DNA from: Laetmonice hystrix
Taxonomy: Eukaryota
Reading direction: 5' to 3'
Assembly (NCBI GenBank): GCA_965235115.1
Contig: OZ249440.1
Coordinates: 17,112,001 to 17,176,000, forward strand
DNA: 64,000 nt
Part shown: positions 25,301 to 36,900 of the stretch, piece by piece
How positions within the stretch are numbered: position 1 is the stretch's first letter
How the letters are laid out: every line of letters starts with the position of its first letter
Made by a program: the position numbers and the translations under genes
Notes under the pieces: model-generated
Databases searched by the model: none
Told to the model about the DNA's origin: nothing
The model's input: the letters and a program-made list of their open reading frames with translations, nothing else

Positions 25301-25722
25301 TTCCGGTGGGCATGCGCACTTATTGCAATTGTGGACTTAGAAATGTTTTCTTTATATTCCTGCCGGCAAGTGTTCAACAGACACTATTCTGCCAGCATTA
25401 TGGTCAGTCCGTTGGTCTCGGAACTCCGGGAGCATGGTTTCTTATTGTTTAGATACTGAATCGGACTAAGTAAGCACGCCCGAGTCGCTGTTTGGGCTCA
25501 CACCTCTGGTCGTCTGCTACCTGATGGGCAGTGGAATTTTCTTCCAAACAAGAATAAAAGAGAGTTGAGATAGGCAAATTGTAAACCAAATATCGCAGCG
25601 GAGATGATGGAGTTATTACTTGTGACTCAACCAAGACCTGGGGTCTATTCCACTAACGAAAGACGTCTTTAGCAAAGATGTCTTTGTGGGGCCAATGTTA
25701 AAGAATAGGACTGAGGTTAGTG

Positions 25723-26057
25723 AGTGAGTGAGTAGTTGGTGTTTAACGCCCAGTCAACAGTATTTCAGCTATTTCAGGGCGAGAACAAGGTAACTAACTC
25801 AGTCGGTGAAATCCATTGGGTGATAATGAGATGATAGGAGGAAACATGGCATCAGGGCGAACCCCTACTCTTATCGATAGGTGCCAAGGGATCTTTAACG
25901 TGCCCCTCCACATAGACGTATCGTGACACGGCCGGCCTTTGATAAAGCAGTCGGCATCACTGCTTATGCAGGAAAGTCCGGCGCGGCCGCGGATCGAACC
26001 CCGAACCCTTGGATCAAAGGTCCCGCGCTCTAACCACTGCGCCACCCCGGTCCCCCT
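25723..26057 (-). mobile_element. tRNA-derived SINE, full length, with 15-bp TSD
   Basis: Pol III A box TGGCGCAGTGG (26044-26034) and B box GGTTCGATCC (26000-25991); LINE-like 3' end GGCGTTAAACACCAAC with an (ACTC)n tail; identical flanks GGACTGAGGTTAGTG at 25708-25722 and 26058-26072. Confidence 0.92.
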
Positions 26058-26516
26058 GGACTGAGGTTAGTGGAACACCTTCGCTGCAAAGACCTCTTTG
26101 GGCTGCAGCTAACCGCCTGGAGATCTGAGACCGCGACACAGGCAAAATCAAGACCCAGTGACACTCCCCACATGGGCAGCGAGTGTAGACAGGAAAAAAT
26201 GACCGACGTACGGTACCTGGTAACCCCAAAAAACATCAGCAAATGTCGACGATCATCAGTCATGACCAAATGTCCAATGCAAGCAGCAAAAAAACCTGTT
26301 TTGCATCACAAATTGCTATACAACTGATGCATTTTGCTAATCATTTTCCAAAATATTCAGTATGATGTAGTACGATTTGCGAATCAATCTTTTGCGTTGC
26401 GTCGCGTTGCTCTGTGTGAGCTCCCCCGTCTTTCAGTCGTGTGCAACTTGCGATTCCTTGCAACTGTTGCCGTTGCAAGGAATCGTGCTGCATCGCTCTG
26501 TCTGAGCCCACCATTA

Positions 26517-26859
26517 GGCCAAATAAAACAAATTACTTGTTTAGCGTCCCTGCCCGACCTGTGAAATGCCATTACTTTTCCGGTCATGTCAGCTGCACAA
26601 GTTTAACTTTCATTGAACAAAGACTTAAATAGAATTTTCATGTTTTCTTCAAATTCTAGCTTAGAAGTTTTCATAGTCTTTTATACCTTCCTAACTTGCC
26701 GTCTGACCATGAATACCATGCCCATGGCATGGTTGTTTTCTTCCTACAGCCACGCCGCCACTCCGTTCATACAATAAAAAATAAAAATAACCCCCCCCCC
26801 CCGACCTGGACAAATTTGATGAGGCGGACGCTAAACAAGTAACTTTTTTTTATTTGGCC
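26517..26859. mobile_element. MITE with about 33-bp TIRs and TA flanks
   Basis: Left GGCCAAATAAAACAAATTACTTGTTTAGCGTCC; right end reverse-complements to GGCCAAATAAAAAAAAGTTACTTGTTTAGCGTCC; TA at 26515-26516 and 26860-26861. Confidence 0.85.
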
Positions 26860-27372
26860 TAATTAGTAGAATCTGTAACGTGTAGCCTGGCTTGTGTGTA
26901 GGGCTAACTGTAACTCACTAACTGTGGAGTCAAAACGGAACACTAAGCGCTAAGTGAAGTCTAAGGCTAAGGACGACTAAGTTAGCTGTACTGCAAAGTC
27001 TGCATGCCACTGCCTCGCCCAACTGTAAGTGTAACGGTTACAAACCGAAAGGACTGACTGAGCCACTGACTCACTAGTACGAATGGTAGTGCCTGTGCTA
27101 CCCTTGACTTGACTTGCATGCTGGCTTGCTGTGGGACCGCTTGTGCCTGTGGCAGTAAGTTCTAACTGTCGACTGTGGCAATGCCATAGCCAATATATCG
27201 ACCACTGCACTGCGTTACTACGTTACACTACGTTTGTAGCGTTAGGATGGCCACATCTAGCAATGCCAATGCCATGGCAATGGCCGCGAATGGGGGCCCA
27301 GTGGCAGTGTTGACCTCCCCAGCGAAAGATGGAATTTTATATGAATAGCGATCAAATAAGCATTCAACTTAC

Positions 27373-27404
27373 ATCACAACCCTGGAGATGATTGCAGACA
27401 CCAT
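27373..27404 (-). CDS. REEP: REEP1-4 family protein, coding exon 1 (MVSAIISRVV+I)
   Basis: Minus strand reads gcttcgcc ATG GTG TCT GCA ATC ATC TCC AGG GTT GTG AT|gtaagttg. It is 32 nt and phase 2, the same size as vertebrate REEP1-4 coding exon 1, and joins exon 2 in frame. Confidence 0.95.
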
Positions 27405-28040
27405 GGCGAAGCTATCCAATCGACAAATTAATTCAGAAAGAGCTTTTTTCGTGCGTAATTATGTTGCAAATTGTGTTTATGCTCAGGCATTTCTTACATT
27501 GCGGCCATCTTGGAATCTGACGTCACGAATAGGTCATGTGACAGATGTACCCGGAGATTGTCATCCGCAGTTTGACATCTACAATCATTTATTCGTTGTA
27601 TCTTCAATAATTTCATAGTTATACGGAAAGAAATTCGTTTTATTTACTTGGAATAATATAACTGAAAAGAACTGTCTTTTTATCCGTTATATAATGATGC
27701 AAGGGCTGATATTTAATGTCTGTTGATCAGGACTACTTCTTTCTTAGAAACCCTAACGCGAAGTGTGATCGTCGTTAAAAGAGAAATTTTTGCAACAGTG
27801 AATCATTCCTGGACCTCTTTTCTGCTTTTTGTGCTAAAATATAGCTGGACACTTCAGAACTATTTTCTTAACATGGAAAAGCGGAAGGAGATCCTACAAC
27901 TTTTTGACCTTTCGACCTCACGAGTTCACAGATGTATTCTTCCACGTTGAGATCCACAGGGAGACACATTCCAGAGAATTTTGCCCAGTTTTACTGAAAT
28001 TTTCTGGTAAATCTATGAAGATGGATACGTGATTCGTGTC
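27405..28040. promoter_or_regulatory. Bidirectional promoter region between REEP and KDM3 start codons
   Basis: 636 bp between divergent ATGs. Contains YY1-like GCGGCCATCTTG (27501-27512), perfect CRE TGACGTCA (27518-27525) and E-box/CLEAR-like GTCATGTGAC (27533-27542). Confidence 0.75.
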
Positions 28041-28196
28041 ATGGCGCATAAGTACAGAGAGGAGATCGTCGGAAAGAGATTTCTATCCGTTCGGAGCGCC
28101 TCGAAGTTGAAAACGAACAAAATATCGGAGTGGGAATGGCGGTCAGGAGTCGTTCGAGCAGTCACCCACAAAGATTCTTCTCATCCGGATATTTCG
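28041..28196 (+). CDS. KDM3: KDM3/JMJD1C-family JmjC histone demethylase, coding exon 1 (MAHKYREEIVGKRFLSVRSASKLKTNKISEWEWRSGVVRAVTHKDSSHPDIS)
   Basis: Matches the JMJD1C N-terminus pattern (R.E.VGKRFL.V ... WR.GV.RAV.H.DS..PD). It ends with TCG|gtaaga, a phase-0 donor at the equivalent position. Exon 2 (expected V.VEFD..W..REW) was not found in the window. Confidence 0.9.
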
Positions 28197-31100
28197 GTAA
28201 GATTTTCTCACGTTTTTACACTCAACGCTTGTATGTTGCTTACACAGTTTGATTCCCCAGGATCTCAGGATTCCAATAATGTACAGCTTTTCACTTTTGG
28301 TTCTTCCATTGCTATACTACAGAATAAAACGCGGAATAATGTCTCGTGTGTCAGCCTTGGCGAAACGTGTCCCATGCCATAGGCTTAGGCCTAATGTTTG
28401 TGTACTCGTCGGGCGGCAGCAGGCAGAAACTGCAGGCGCGCTGGCCACATTACATTTGGGGCTGGGTAGGGGGCTCTTGTCGTTGGGCAGCTTGCTGAGG
28501 TTGGGGACAAGCTCCATTGAATTCTGTGTAGATTTTCCAGACCTTTAATGTTTTAAAACTTACACAAAACACTATGTTTGGATGAAGAACGGTGTTGACA
28601 CTTGTGACTGGGAATTGAATTGGGATGAGTTTGTTGGGAATGGGATGGACGGGCCTGGGCCAATCATCCTGAGACTCGGCATGCTCAGCAGGGAGAGTGA
28701 GACGGGTAGAGCAAGTCGGGGAAGCCCAGCTCGGCTGACAGTGACAGTCAGTCAGACTCAGAGGAAGAATATCGGCAGACATTCAGATCGGCTCCAGCAC
28801 TCGGTTCAGGGGACTGAACTGATCTAGTTGGCTTGCTCAGGACTTTGCTTTATCCGTTGAATCTATCTTTATCAGGAATATATGAATGGTATTTAATTTA
28901 GGCTAGGGCCGTGGCGTTGGTTTTGTAAAGTAGGAATGGAAAGAGAAGCTGTCACTGTCAGTGATCTGAAGTCAAGATCTTCATGACTCTGTTGTAATCA
29001 CAGTAATGTAACTGCCTTCTGTTAGAGGCAACACCTACGCTACGGAATGACCTTAATCTACTTCTTTGTTCAATGTTGACTTTCAGCTGTAATCCTCACG
29101 CCTGAGATTAGGTTCATTCCAGTCAGGCTAATGTATCATTCAGATACACGTTCTCCTAGCCTATGGCCTATATTATAAGGCTATGCTCAATTTTTGGAGG
29201 AGAGAAAAAAAAATTGAAACCCTGACCTGAAGGGCAAAGGGGTTTAAAGGTTGCTGATCTTGACAAAAAGCACAAAAAGCACAAAATCTGCATGTACATG
29301 GTGCATCATGCACCTTTTATCTGTTGTACAGACATTATTTGTTGACTTTGAAACTCAGCTCTGGTGCATGTTCAGTTGTATGGTAGCACAAAATTTGTGG
29401 CATTCTTATTAGGTCTTGAATGTATGGATCCATTTGAAAATTGAGGGAATGATTCATATGAACTTTCACAGAAACTTTATTTCCTTCAAGAACTTCTTAA
29501 ATTCTTAAATTACATGTACATCTATAGTAGAATATGGATTCACGATTCCACTTCGACTTGCGTAAATCCTGCCAGAACTATGACTAGTCTTTGTATTAAT
29601 GACACATTCCGACAGTCAGGCTTTTTCCAGACAAACCTACCGGGGTAGTTTAGTTTTGTGAAGCAGGGTATTGCTGTCTTAACAAGTTTAATCAGGCAAT
29701 ACTTTGAAAAGGCTTGGAGTCTTCTCCAGGAAAGTTTCAGTGTTCATGAAAATGCTACATCGCAGTTAGTTGTGTTGGTCATCATACGTGTACCTATATC
29801 GGCAAAAGATTGCTGAACAAGAACTTGAGGAAGTCAGAAGTCTTTTAATGTTCCAGGTATTTTTACCAACTCGTAGTACTTATAGTTCAAGTGCTTGTCC
29901 TTACTTGCACAGCTTCTTAGAGAGGCACATCAACGTGTCCAGAAAAGGGTACACGTAATCCTTCCCAGAAAGGTGTTTGGGGACTACACAGCCGCAGGTG
30001 AAATTTATGGTATAGGTTTTTTTTCCTGAAAACTGGAAGTCATAATTTAAAGTATGCATCTGTGCTGCTCATGTATTAATACTAAATATTACTATGCTCT
30101 AGATTGTGATATTATCACATGGGAATGAAGTGAAGAATCAAGGAAGGGCATAAGACTATCGGTATTTTTGTCAGGCAAACTCATCAATCAGAAAAGGCCT
30201 TGTGTGAGCGGCATACATACATGTATGGAGTACCCTGCGTCATGAAATCGTTTAGACTACAAATTGACTTATAACTTGTTTTTTTCACTGTTTGAAGTCA
30301 AGACAGGAGTAGAGCCATCTAGAATTTATGTACATCTTCGCATACAAAGTTCTGTATTTTTCCACATGTCAGCAGGTCTAAAAGCTGAATGTGAACTTTT
30401 AAAACCAGTAAATTCAGATAGCCAGAAATGTGGTCCTAAGTCAACCAACCATGTTGATTCAAGTGACAAAGTCTGAACTGAAGCAAGGTAAACCGTAATC
30501 ATGTTTAGTTTATCCCAAACAGCATGCTCTATGCTCGGCAGAATTTTCAGCATCTGTACTCATGTCTGTCTCATAGGGATCACAATCGAAGACACGTGAG
30601 AAGGGAGTGGGTAAATTGCTTTTCTTTAAAAAGCTTTAGTGTGCAGCCATTGGCCCACCATTTTCATTAATTATCGGCTTAGCAGTCGAGGTCATCTTGA
30701 TAATATCGGCTAAAATGAAGTTTATTATAAAAATAAACAAGAAGAAGACAAACTGATATTCAAGCCTTTTCTTGTCAATACTCATCAGACATTTTAACTT
30801 AAGTTTTTGACCACTGCAGTTTCTTCGCCAAGAAGAGAGTTCAGAAAGTTTTCAAATTCAGCGTTTTAACAGTGCAATCTGAGGATCATCTGCAAAGATT
30901 ACGCATCCAAAAGGTTTAAGTTTATGAATGCAAGGCCACTGGCCTAGGGGACCAGCTGGTAGCCTGAAAATTATACAATAGACTTACAGAGACGAGTTTC
31001 ATTTACTCCAAACGACGACGTCTGATTTGACAGGCAGTAGCTTCACTTTTGAAGGATGATTTTTATTCTTTATGATAATTTGTCAGGGAAATCAATCACA

Positions 31101-33299
31101 CTAGCCAGGCAGCTGAGATCCAAAGTTCTTCTCAGTCTGAAGGATTTTGAATGGCCCAGTCTTAAATCTAGAGACTAAGCACTAACCATTTGTACTGACT
31201 GCGATGATCGGGCATTCAGACTACATGGGCTAAACCTGCCATATAGATGCATCATTAGGATCATCTAGAAAAAAATACGCCAAATCTGAACTCGATTCTT
31301 TGAAGCTAATATATTGTAAGAGTTCTTGGAGGATAATGATATCATCATCTTCTGCTTCAGGACTATTTATATTTTTACGATTTATTATGTAGTGTGGAAA
31401 GCCTAGCCCTGTACATCAGAATTATCAGTCACACTTTTTAAAATCGTGGACGGCATTAGTTTGGTAATGATTAATTATGACCCGGTCGTAGACTACGAAC
31501 GATCTATTTCCACCTTGGAAGTAAATCAGACCAGTTAGGCCTACATGAAATTTGGAAGCAAACATTTATAAAGATAGTTGACCAATGACGGCTATTCATG
31601 GCAGCTCTTTAGATGTCATTATTTAAAAATGGAATGGCAACAAGTTCTGTTATTCCTTCTGAGAACTAATGAAGGCTGTTTGATAATTAGTCCTAGAAGT
31701 TTTGAAAAGTCCTAGAAGTTTTGAAAAAAATATGATTCATTAGTGAAGTCAAAACGGCAGAGGGCTCTTTGAGTAGTGTCATACAGGAATTGAATGAAAA
31801 TCAGGAAGAGTGGCCCAGTTTGCCCGGCATTTTGTATAAATTTATAAAGATCCAAATATAAAAGATATTTAATATGTACATGTAGCATAAGAAACTGACA
31901 GACCTATGTTTTCAAACGACGATTGGACATGCACGCCTTCTGAAGAATCATACATTGACAAAGTCAGTTTGCTGTTTTAATACTCGCTGTTAATGCAACT
32001 TACTAGACGGCAAATTTTAGTTAATTTAAAGCAATTTTGAAGGAAGCAGGGGAGGGGACGGGATGGTAGCGGCCGTGGTCCAGACCTTACAGTACAGTAG
32101 GCAGCAGTCCAGTTAATTCTTATGCCCTGGAAGTTGAACCTTTCCCCTGAGAGGTGTGACCGATGTGAATCTATTGAATTTATTGGAGCAACAGTCCCCC
32201 CTCCGTTTCGGCCGCCTGAAAGGCTGAGACTAGTGGTACGCTTGCTCCTAATGCCATGTAGGAGAATGGGGAAGGACTGGTCTGAGTGGCGTCAGTTGTG
32301 AGAGGTTCTCGGGACGGTGAAATGAGGCTCGGTCCTTCCTTCATTATGGGGATGGGGATGGGGGGGGGGGGGGGGGGTTAGGTCATCCATCACACGGCGC
32401 CGGCTCCCCTGTGACGGCGGTCCGTGTGGATCGGTCGACCGGTCGGTCAGAGCCGCTGACCGGCACTGGGTCGGCCGGACGCCGGGCCGGCCGGCCGGTG
32501 ACCTCGGTGAAGTCGTGGCCTGCAGGACGGCCTCGGGCCTTCCTTGCCTGCTGACTGCCACACTGAACACTGACATACATCCAACCAGAGCCGGACACTT
32601 ACTCCTCAAGTCATGTTTGTCCTGTGACCGCAGCTCTTCATCATCTATCAGTGGAGAGGTCTATCAGGAGAGGTCTACACAGTTTGGTTGGAGGCGAAGC
32701 TCCTTTTGGTAATATTCCAACAGTGTGTGTTGGGGAGGGTGGGGTGGGAACTGGAGGTCCTGCATTGTGATCAGAAGTCAGGGTGTAACTGGGTAAGGTG
32801 ATAAGTCAAGATGGTTTAACCATTGACCAAACGACATGAACTACACACAGTCCATGGGGTCGAAAGGTCAAAATCAAAAGGTCATGCCCCTCCTTGAGGT
32901 TGGCTATTTGTGACCAGGTAAAGTTTAAAACCAGATTGATAGGAGAGCACACGCTCTTGGGGGTCGGCACTCCAATTTGTGACTGCACCTTAAGAACTAA
33001 TAGATTTGAAGTTCGATAGTAAAGACGACAGAATCAGATTGGCTGATTTTTTAGGAAAAGCCAAAGGAAAAGAAATCCATGGTTTACGTGAAACATCGTA
33101 GAACTGAAGAACACCATACTTCCTTCTGAGGAGAAGCACCATCGAGAGTTATTGCGAGAGTTATTGCGGCATTTCCTTTCTTGCCAGGGGGCTTGACTTC
33201 AAAGAATCCATTAATAGGTCAATAATGGTGCTGCCAGGTAACTGGTACTTCAATGTAGGTACAGGAAATTAAGGAATCCATCGCTCAGGGGACAGGGAA

Positions 33300-34320
33300 A
33301 CATGTCTGATATAAAATTATTGTTCTGATAATGTTGATAATTATTGAAGTTTTAGAATACATCTGACTAACTTTATGACTACAGTGGTAGTCGTTTAAAT
33401 CAACTAATCTGTTGTGGTAATGAAAAAAAACATCAATTCGGCGGCGTTGAGTGGGGCACAGCAGTGGTCGAATATGTTAGCTTTCTTTAATTTTTTAATG
33501 CCGGCCTTTTCTTATCTTCACTCCAGTAGACCGATCACAAGCAATGTCTTGGCTGGTAGTGCAAAGAGTGTCCAGATCATCAGAAGGAATTACAAAAAAG
33601 TTTAGTCCTGGTGGTGTCATTGATCGTTCCCACCTGACTACAGTTTTCTTGGCACCATGGACCAGGATTTTAAGATCCTTAGCCGAGGAACTAGGTTTGA
33701 ACATGTTTGATTTTGAAGGGGAAATGAAGTCACTGAAAATTATAGATAAAATTATTTTGATCAGAATGAGGTCCACTGGCTAATGTCATTGAGGTCATCA
33801 GTCATGGCAGTGTTAGTACAAGGCTATATGTTGTAATTTGTAAATTGTTTCCAGGAGACTGGGGCAATGTTGAGGCCAGCTGTTCAGGTCAGTGAGTGAA
33901 GTTCTAAAGCTGTTCATGCTGTGAACAGAAAGGTATGCCAGTGGGGAGAGACGGAGAGAAAGGCAGATTGCCGGTCAGGTGGGGTCATGGAAGTAGGACA
34001 GCTTGCAGCGATTATCCTCAACCGAGCAGGTTCGGCATCTCCAGGCAACAAGAGCCCAACCCTGCCTGACCTTGCCTGCTCCCCTACACCTTGTCGAACT
34101 GGTGGGCTTACTTTTGTCCTTACCTATGCAGCATAGCGGCAACGGATATACAGTCAAGCCTGTGATCTTGTTCACACGGTAGCTCGACCCTAGAAATCTT
34201 GTGCCATCGAAACTGATTTTCAACCCAAAAGATGAACTTTGGTGTCCTCATATTTTGTAGAATAATAAGCAGCAGCCAGGCACCCAAAATTTTAATCTGA
34301 GGACTGGCCAAATGATGTGA
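33300..34320 (-). mobile_element. Decayed CR1/L2-like non-LTR retrotransposon 5' region
   Basis: Across frameshifts: hydrophobic start MASPQIKILGAWLLLIILQ, then LLLPGDAEP (2A-like remnant, 34028-34054), then PHD-like remnant RCKL...PAIC...HWH; many stops. Confidence 0.35.
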
Positions 34321-35899
34321 AGTCTGGACAGCTTTCTACCGACATTGGTAAAAAATCCAGAAGTAACCAAAGAACGTTATCAAGGTCATTCGAATTTTGA
34401 ACATTTTTTTAAAAACAAATCAGTCTGATTCAAGGGCATGTGAGGCAGGTTTACTGGCAGTGGACGGAATATCTATATTGAGGCAAGGTATATATATTTC
34501 TTAAGCCAACGGATCCAGTGGCCCAAACGGGATCATGTATGGGAAAGCTTTGGGAGATTGCAACAAATCTGAGGCCCTGGGACTAGCTATTATCGACGTC
34601 TGGTATAGCTAGATAACAGTACCGTTAAAAAGTCATGTTACCACACATGTATGTCTTATGTCCAATGGACTTCATTGTGTTAGGCACACACTGTCTATGG
34701 TTGTTGAGCCTCTCCCCCTCTTTGCGAATGCAGCAGCAGAACCCACTACTAGAACATGAACGGACTGCAAAATGTGTTTGCTTTGAACATCTTCCACCCT
34801 AGGCCTCTTTCTGTGTATGGCATGCTTTGAGCGTTGAATTACACACACCGCCACTGCGTGCCTTCACAGCAGCTGACTGGCATTACATCGCAGGTCGGCT
34901 CAATGTGGCGGCCCAGCAAAGCCTGTCGGAACTACACTGGAGATGACCTCTGCTGTGAGCAGGTGACCTTAGTGTGGCCTACATTTCCCTCACTACATGT
35001 CTGTTGTGTCACTGGTTTGTGTTGGTGTGTGTACCTGTTCCTTGCATGTGTGCAGCTGCAACGCCAACCTGCCTTTGACTGCCAGGGGTTCAGTGCATTA
35101 TGTACACCTGTGTTTGTAAAGTGCACATGCACTCCGTGATAGGAATGAATGCATAAAGCCAGGAATCCATGTGGGCGTGATAGGTAGTGCGTAATGCCAA
35201 CGTCAACCAAGTTGGAATGATTCCATGTGTGCGTAGTGCGTAAAGCCAGGAATCCAGGTGCGTCTTGCATAGTGCGTAATCAAAATAATGAAACCCCACA
35301 TTACACACTACGCTTGGATTCCTGTCTTTAGCGGTACTTATCTTCCCGTGTAACTAAATGGGAGGTGCAGGGCACTAGATCATGCTTTCGGTGCCGTCAG
35401 AGTATTGGAAAACCAGATGAGTTTAGGAGACTCAACTTTTCTAATTTTAAGATCGATTACATTTGGTTATCTTATAATAACGGGCAATTGATGCACATAT
35501 TTCTGTGTAGATTTGTTTGTGAAATCTTTGAGAAGTCCACTTTCATTTTAAGTTCTGTATACATATAAGACATGCCCTTATCCTTCAATAGTTTACTTGC
35601 TTGAGTTTCATTTCTAAAAACTAAAAGCTGGAATTGCTCTTCAAAGTATTTTATGGTCATTTGTATCGTTATTTATGCATCCATCTGTGATATATCTAAT
35701 ATCTCTGACATGATTTCGAGCTGTGCTGCTTTGCAAATTGGGAATGATTGAAGTCGATGTCTACTTCTAACTGATCATGACCAAGGTAATTATGGTCCTG
35801 ATTCTTACCACAGATATTGGGAATGTTATTTGGTGCCGGATGGATTTTCTAAGGCATATTAATCAGGGCAGTAGTAAGGTCAGATAAAGGTCGCGATGA

Positions 35900-36900
35900 G
35901 GGATGGTTTAGGGAGGTGGGTTGTTGGCTGACCCAACGACAGTAGTGATTTTACAATGCCCATTTAGATATACATTAACAGTGGGGGGGGGGGGGGTGCA
36001 GGTCGACCTAGGGTCTGGGGAGGTAATGGTAGGGCACTTGTGACAGCCTGGATACCAGAGGGCCTCATTAAAACAATCAGTCACTACACAAGCCTTTGTG
36101 GCTCCCACAAGAAGCCCTTTATGGCGCGGTGACCTTCCTAGTGATTGTGGCACCCGCTGGGAATAGTGATGGGCCTGTTAGAAACAGGGTAACTATTAGT
36201 GGTGGGTCATTTTAATGATATAGAAAATGTTGTCAGGTGACTGGGGCATTGTACCGTATAATAATAGGCTGAAGGGTTTCGGTACTTAGCGACCTTTCTG
36301 ACCATTTGTTCAAAGATTATAATTTTGAGTAGATAAAATAGATAGGCGAGGAAACTGGAATATAGTTTCAGATTTCTTAGCTCAGTCTGGTCAGTGTGGC
36401 GAAGAATTTCCTGGGACATACGGTGGTTTGGACTCAATGTGGTAAGGCATGTCTCGGGTTTGGCTTCACGTTGGTTATGTCTGGGGTAGCCTTTAGAAGG
36501 GTTCCTCCATGTGACAGGCCCTTTGTCAGTGTTGGACACGATCGTTGGTGTGAGTTGTGGGGAGGAAGGTTTAGTTTAATCTAGGTCACTGAGCACACTT
36601 GGCTGCCACCAACTCTACAACATTCCTGCGGTTATGCACTACTCTAAGGGTTTGCACAAAGAGTTTTCTTCTTGTATTCCCGCTTGAATTTTAAGTGGAG
36701 TTGTGGGGAGTTTGAGAGTGGCCAACAATATAGAGCCCTTTCCTGTGAGGTTAGATAATGAGAGATGGGTTGGGCACCAGGATTTCTCCCCCTTTTCTCT
36801 TGTTCCACTCAGGTTGAAAGCTTGTGGTGGTCCGTAGGGACTCATCGACCTGACTGCTTAGTGTGTCAAGAACAAGTTACGTCCTTGGGGAGAATAAAAA
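35900..36900 (-). mobile_element. Decayed I/Nimb/Jockey-like LINE relic (ORF1 zinc knuckles, endonuclease start)
   Basis: Frameshifted remnants GEILVPNPSLII..., VHNRRNVVELVAAKCAQ, CCRVGG...HQRSCP, ETCL and ITTVVGSANNPP resemble gag-like CCHC knuckles and APE motifs; heavily degenerate. Confidence 0.3.

Noticed and set aside
25985-26057. tRNA gene
   Set aside because: The A and B boxes belong to a SINE head; acceptor-stem pairing is absent, and the sequence continues into a SINE body, tail and TSD.
29841-29862. Additional AG|GT juxtapositions (29856, 37175, 63424, 63911) as recursive sites
   Set aside because: The donor halves (GTATTT, GTAGGG, GTACGA, GTAACC) are weak and expected by chance; the frame after 29856 does not resemble KDM3 exon 2.
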